NCBI GenBank assembly: GCA_030704615.1
Contig: CM060734.1
Coordinates: 52,824,001-52,888,000, forward strand
Reading direction: 5' to 3'
DNA: 64,000 bases
Source: Takakia lepidozioides
Lineage: Eukaryota; Plantae; Bryophyta
The notes beneath the pieces were generated by a model. The model worked only from the letters and a program-made list of their open reading frames with translations, had not been told where the DNA came from and did no database searches. Position numbers and translations under genes: made by a program. Of this stretch, positions 60,710-64,000 are shown piece after piece (position 1 is the first letter of the stretch; every line of letters starts with the position of its first letter).

Positions 60710-63631
60710 TGGTGGTAAGTGTAGCATTTGTGAGCTTGCTTATGTGAGGATGAGCCCCCTTGCACCAAGGTCAAGAATCCAACAACACACAAAGTACACA
60801 CAAAGTACTCTTGGGGTGTCCGGGATTTTGGTGGGTCTCATTCGAACGGGTGGGCTTTGAATTTTTTTCGCCCAACTGTCCGGAAGCGGATGAATATCTT
60901 AGATTGATTGAGAGGTTCTTAGTTCTTACTGGGATGTGCACATACACTATGAGTCTATGACCAATTCTCTATTTCAAGAGGAAACATGAAGTAAAATTAT
61001 GCAGTGAATTGCTGTACATAAGTATGTACTTAAGTACGTTGTAAGGCCTTAAATTAGGTCGAACCACAATGCACATGTGAGCATGTCAGGTTTTTCGGTC
61101 ACTGTGCTCATGATGCATGCATTTCATCCATCAACAGCTGCTGTCATGTATCATGGACTGAGGAACAGAGGCAGTTCTCTCATCCATATCTAGCAATGGA
61201 TTAATTCATATTTCATTCCTGCTATCACCCACAATGCGGTTCTTCATCCAGAGAGCAAATGAGTTTCTCTAATACTCTTCATACTATTTAACAAAGCCTA
61301 GAAAGCCATAGAGTTAGTAAGATTTAGTGACGACTCATCGATTTTAAGATTATATTTATTTGGAGAAGAATAAGTCCTTCTGGATGAATAATGAGGGATG
61401 CATGGATGCATGGAAGGGAAAAAAGGTGACAGAGGAGGCTACTGTTGAATTGCAAAGTCACAGAGGATGATGGCACCTACAGTTGGGCTAAGTTAGGTCA
61501 AATAAAGTCAAAGTTTAAAGTCAAGGCAGGGTTCTCAAGTCAAGATGGTGGGTGTAAAGATGATTTTGAAGATCCCAAGGAGCCACACAAATGCAAAGAG
61601 GATGAAGAGAATTTTTGGGTTTGCTTAATGCTAAGTACAAAGAGACAACACACTTTACAGTATTAATGGAGTGAAGCGCATTAGTGAGTGTGAGAGAGAG
61701 TCTTATTCCCGACCAACACTGCCACCCTCCTTACATACTAGTCAACTACCCACCAGATTTCATCCACAAATATTCTTACATCCATCCAGATCCTGGAGCC
61801 ACAAATTTGGTATTAATTATCGAATAATTTTCATGTTAAATTAAAGTGGGTTGGTGACCCCACGAGGAATATTTGGGTGCCTGGAAATTATTAATTAATT
61901 ACGACGGGGTGATCACCGAATTAGTTGATAGTAAAGTAACTAATTAACTTGACTGACTAGTAAGTAGTAAATAGTGGGATTACGGTTTGAGTAGTACATA
62001 ATTGTCGTCCATCAGGGTACTGACGGAATATAAAAAGGTGGCAGTAACGGCAATCATCATTATTTTCAAACCCTAACCGTGCTTGGGTTCGGTGGCCGGG
62101 GCAGGGCTGCTACTAACTCGAGATGGATAGATGATTCGCTGTATGTCTCTGAACGACGAATGCATGGATGATAAAATGGATGGAGATCAGTTATATTCAG
62201 ACTTTTAGGCTTCAACGTAAACTATTCATTCATTGTCATGTCATATTTCTTTTCTTTCCCTTAGGCATTTAGAGGACAGGCATGTGATGGTCAGATTATT
62301 TGTTCTTCTGTAGGCTCTATTGCTGACATGGTTTATTGAAATAGTAGAGGACGTGGGATGAGCTTCTATATATCGGGAACATAGGGATGACATCTCAATG
62401 ATGTCATCAACTTGAACATGATGAAGTTTAGATGTTGCTTCATAATGGAACATTTCTGGCTGTGTCATTGCTGCAATATATGGTTTGCTGAGGCCTTAGT
62501 TCCTTCTGTTTTCTTTTTCAGTCTTAATTTCACGCGGCTGCAAGAGTCAGACAGATTGCCAGGAACAGATATAGCTGAGGGGAAAGAGGTTCTTAGAAAG
62601 CCAGCGGAATGTCTTTGACTGATGCTTGTGCAGATGTCAAGTTACATCGGGACTGCTAAGTGCGTAGAAACGAGAATGCATGTATGACTAAGAGCTGGTT
62701 TTCAACAATCTTTTGTCTGACCTAGCAGTGGGCAAATCATATGAACATTGGGTTGTTCTTCTCTAGTGTGGCACCATTTTTTTTGCTGTGTCTGTGAAGA
62801 CTGTTGCCTGCAGGAGAAATTGTGGCCGTAACACCAACCAACTACCCTAATGCTCTCAACCTTAATTCTAACACAGATGATGAAAAGCCAGACCTAGATT
62901 ATAAGCAGAGGTGCAAATTTTTTCCTCACTGCTACTCTCATCTGTAAAATTGTTGCAGTAGATCCGAAAACAGGGGTCAGTGATACTGACATGGATGGGG
63001 ACTCTCAAGGTGATGGGCTTCCATTGTCAGCCGTGGGAGTCAAGCAAGTTGGTCTTGCTTGTCAAACATGCCATACATTCCTGTTGAAAAGTAGGATGGG
63101 CCCATCCTCTGCTGCACAGGTTACTGAACAATGTGTTGGAAAAGGGTGAAGATAAAGATTCAGTGGCCCTGCCTTACCACCAGAGTCAAGCTACTGACTC
63201 AAGGCCTTCTATGCAAAATAACTTTGTGGGCAAACTCACTATACAATCATGCTTCAGCCTCTGCACGTCTGAATACTATCCATTTTTAAGTAGAAGTTTA
63301 GTTAAACAAGTGATCCATACCAATGACCATTGTCAACAATTAGAAAGAAAACTCAGTCCATGACAATTCTTGATTTGATTCAAATGAAATGGCTGACATA
63401 CAAGACAAAAAAAACTTTCAGTATTTCAGCTTGCTACACTTCTGTGACTAAGCAATCTTGCAGCCTTGAAGGGTCTGATATGGAATCCATCCTAGTCCTT
63501 CTACTGGAAAATCATGGACAACCATGACCACTTGCCCATGCCATAGTTTCTAAATGAGGAGAATGGTACTATGGATATGTAGTAACGCAATAAACCTCAT
63601 TACCATAACCAGTACTTGCACATGTCACAGC

Positions 63632-64000
63632 TCATGGAGCAGGCACACCGGGAAATCCTAGAATACCACCACTAGGATATCCTGGAAAGCCGCCACTGGG
63701 ATATGGTGGAAAGCTGCCACTGGGATATGATGGAAAGCTGCCACTGGGATATGATGGAAAGCCGGCACTGGGAAATCATGGACCGCGGCCGCCAGGAAAC
63801 AAACCGGGGTAACCTCCGAAATGTCCAAAACTTCCAAACGGAGGAGGATGGTATAGGAATGGGTGTTTAGCGTCGAAGTACTTCAAATTACCATACCCAC
63901 TTGCCGATGCCACAGCTTCTGCAAGAGGCACACCGGGAAATCCTAGAACGCCACCACTGGGATATGATGGAAAGCCACCACTGGGATATCCTGAAAAGCC
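63632..64000 (-). CDS. 3' part of a Gly/Pro/Tyr-rich repetitive (cell-wall-type) protein, open at the window edge
   Basis: 24-nt tandem units encode GGFPSYPS-like repeats: GFSGYPSGGFPSYPSGGVLGFPGVP..GGRGP*FPSAGFPSYPSG..LGFPGVPAP*. Internal TGA at 63776-63778. Confidence 0.6.

Overview
Eukaryotic, intron-containing plant DNA; the gene and TE content suggests a non-seed land plant (inference). Layout: (1) 1-9.2 kb holds decayed host-gene pieces: an SDR exon, a frameshifted thioredoxin-like 4 gene with three stacked LINE 3' ends in one intron, and a truncated USP-like/kinase (RLCK) gene. (2) About 9.5-49.2 kb is a TE cluster. It contains a full-length Galadriel-like chromovirus (TSD TAATA), a hAT-type MITE (8-bp TSD), a very young 13.3-kb non-chromovirus Ty3/Gypsy element (TSD GTTAG) with extra ORFs on both sides of gag-pol, and two inverted copies of an unusual Ty3/Gypsy element. 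(3) 52.6-64 kb holds a long group-6-like remorin gene and the end of a Gly/Pro-rich repeat protein gene. The standout is the Ty3/Gypsy element at about 40-48.7 kb. Its pol carries a DNMT3/DRM-like cytosine-5 DNA methyltransferase domain between protease and reverse transcriptase, and its integrase ends in a PHD finger instead of a chromodomain, giving a retrotransposon with both a DNA-methylation writer and a histone reader. It also appears to have only 85-bp terminal repeats. All calls come from reading the sequence and ORF track by eye; no searches were run.
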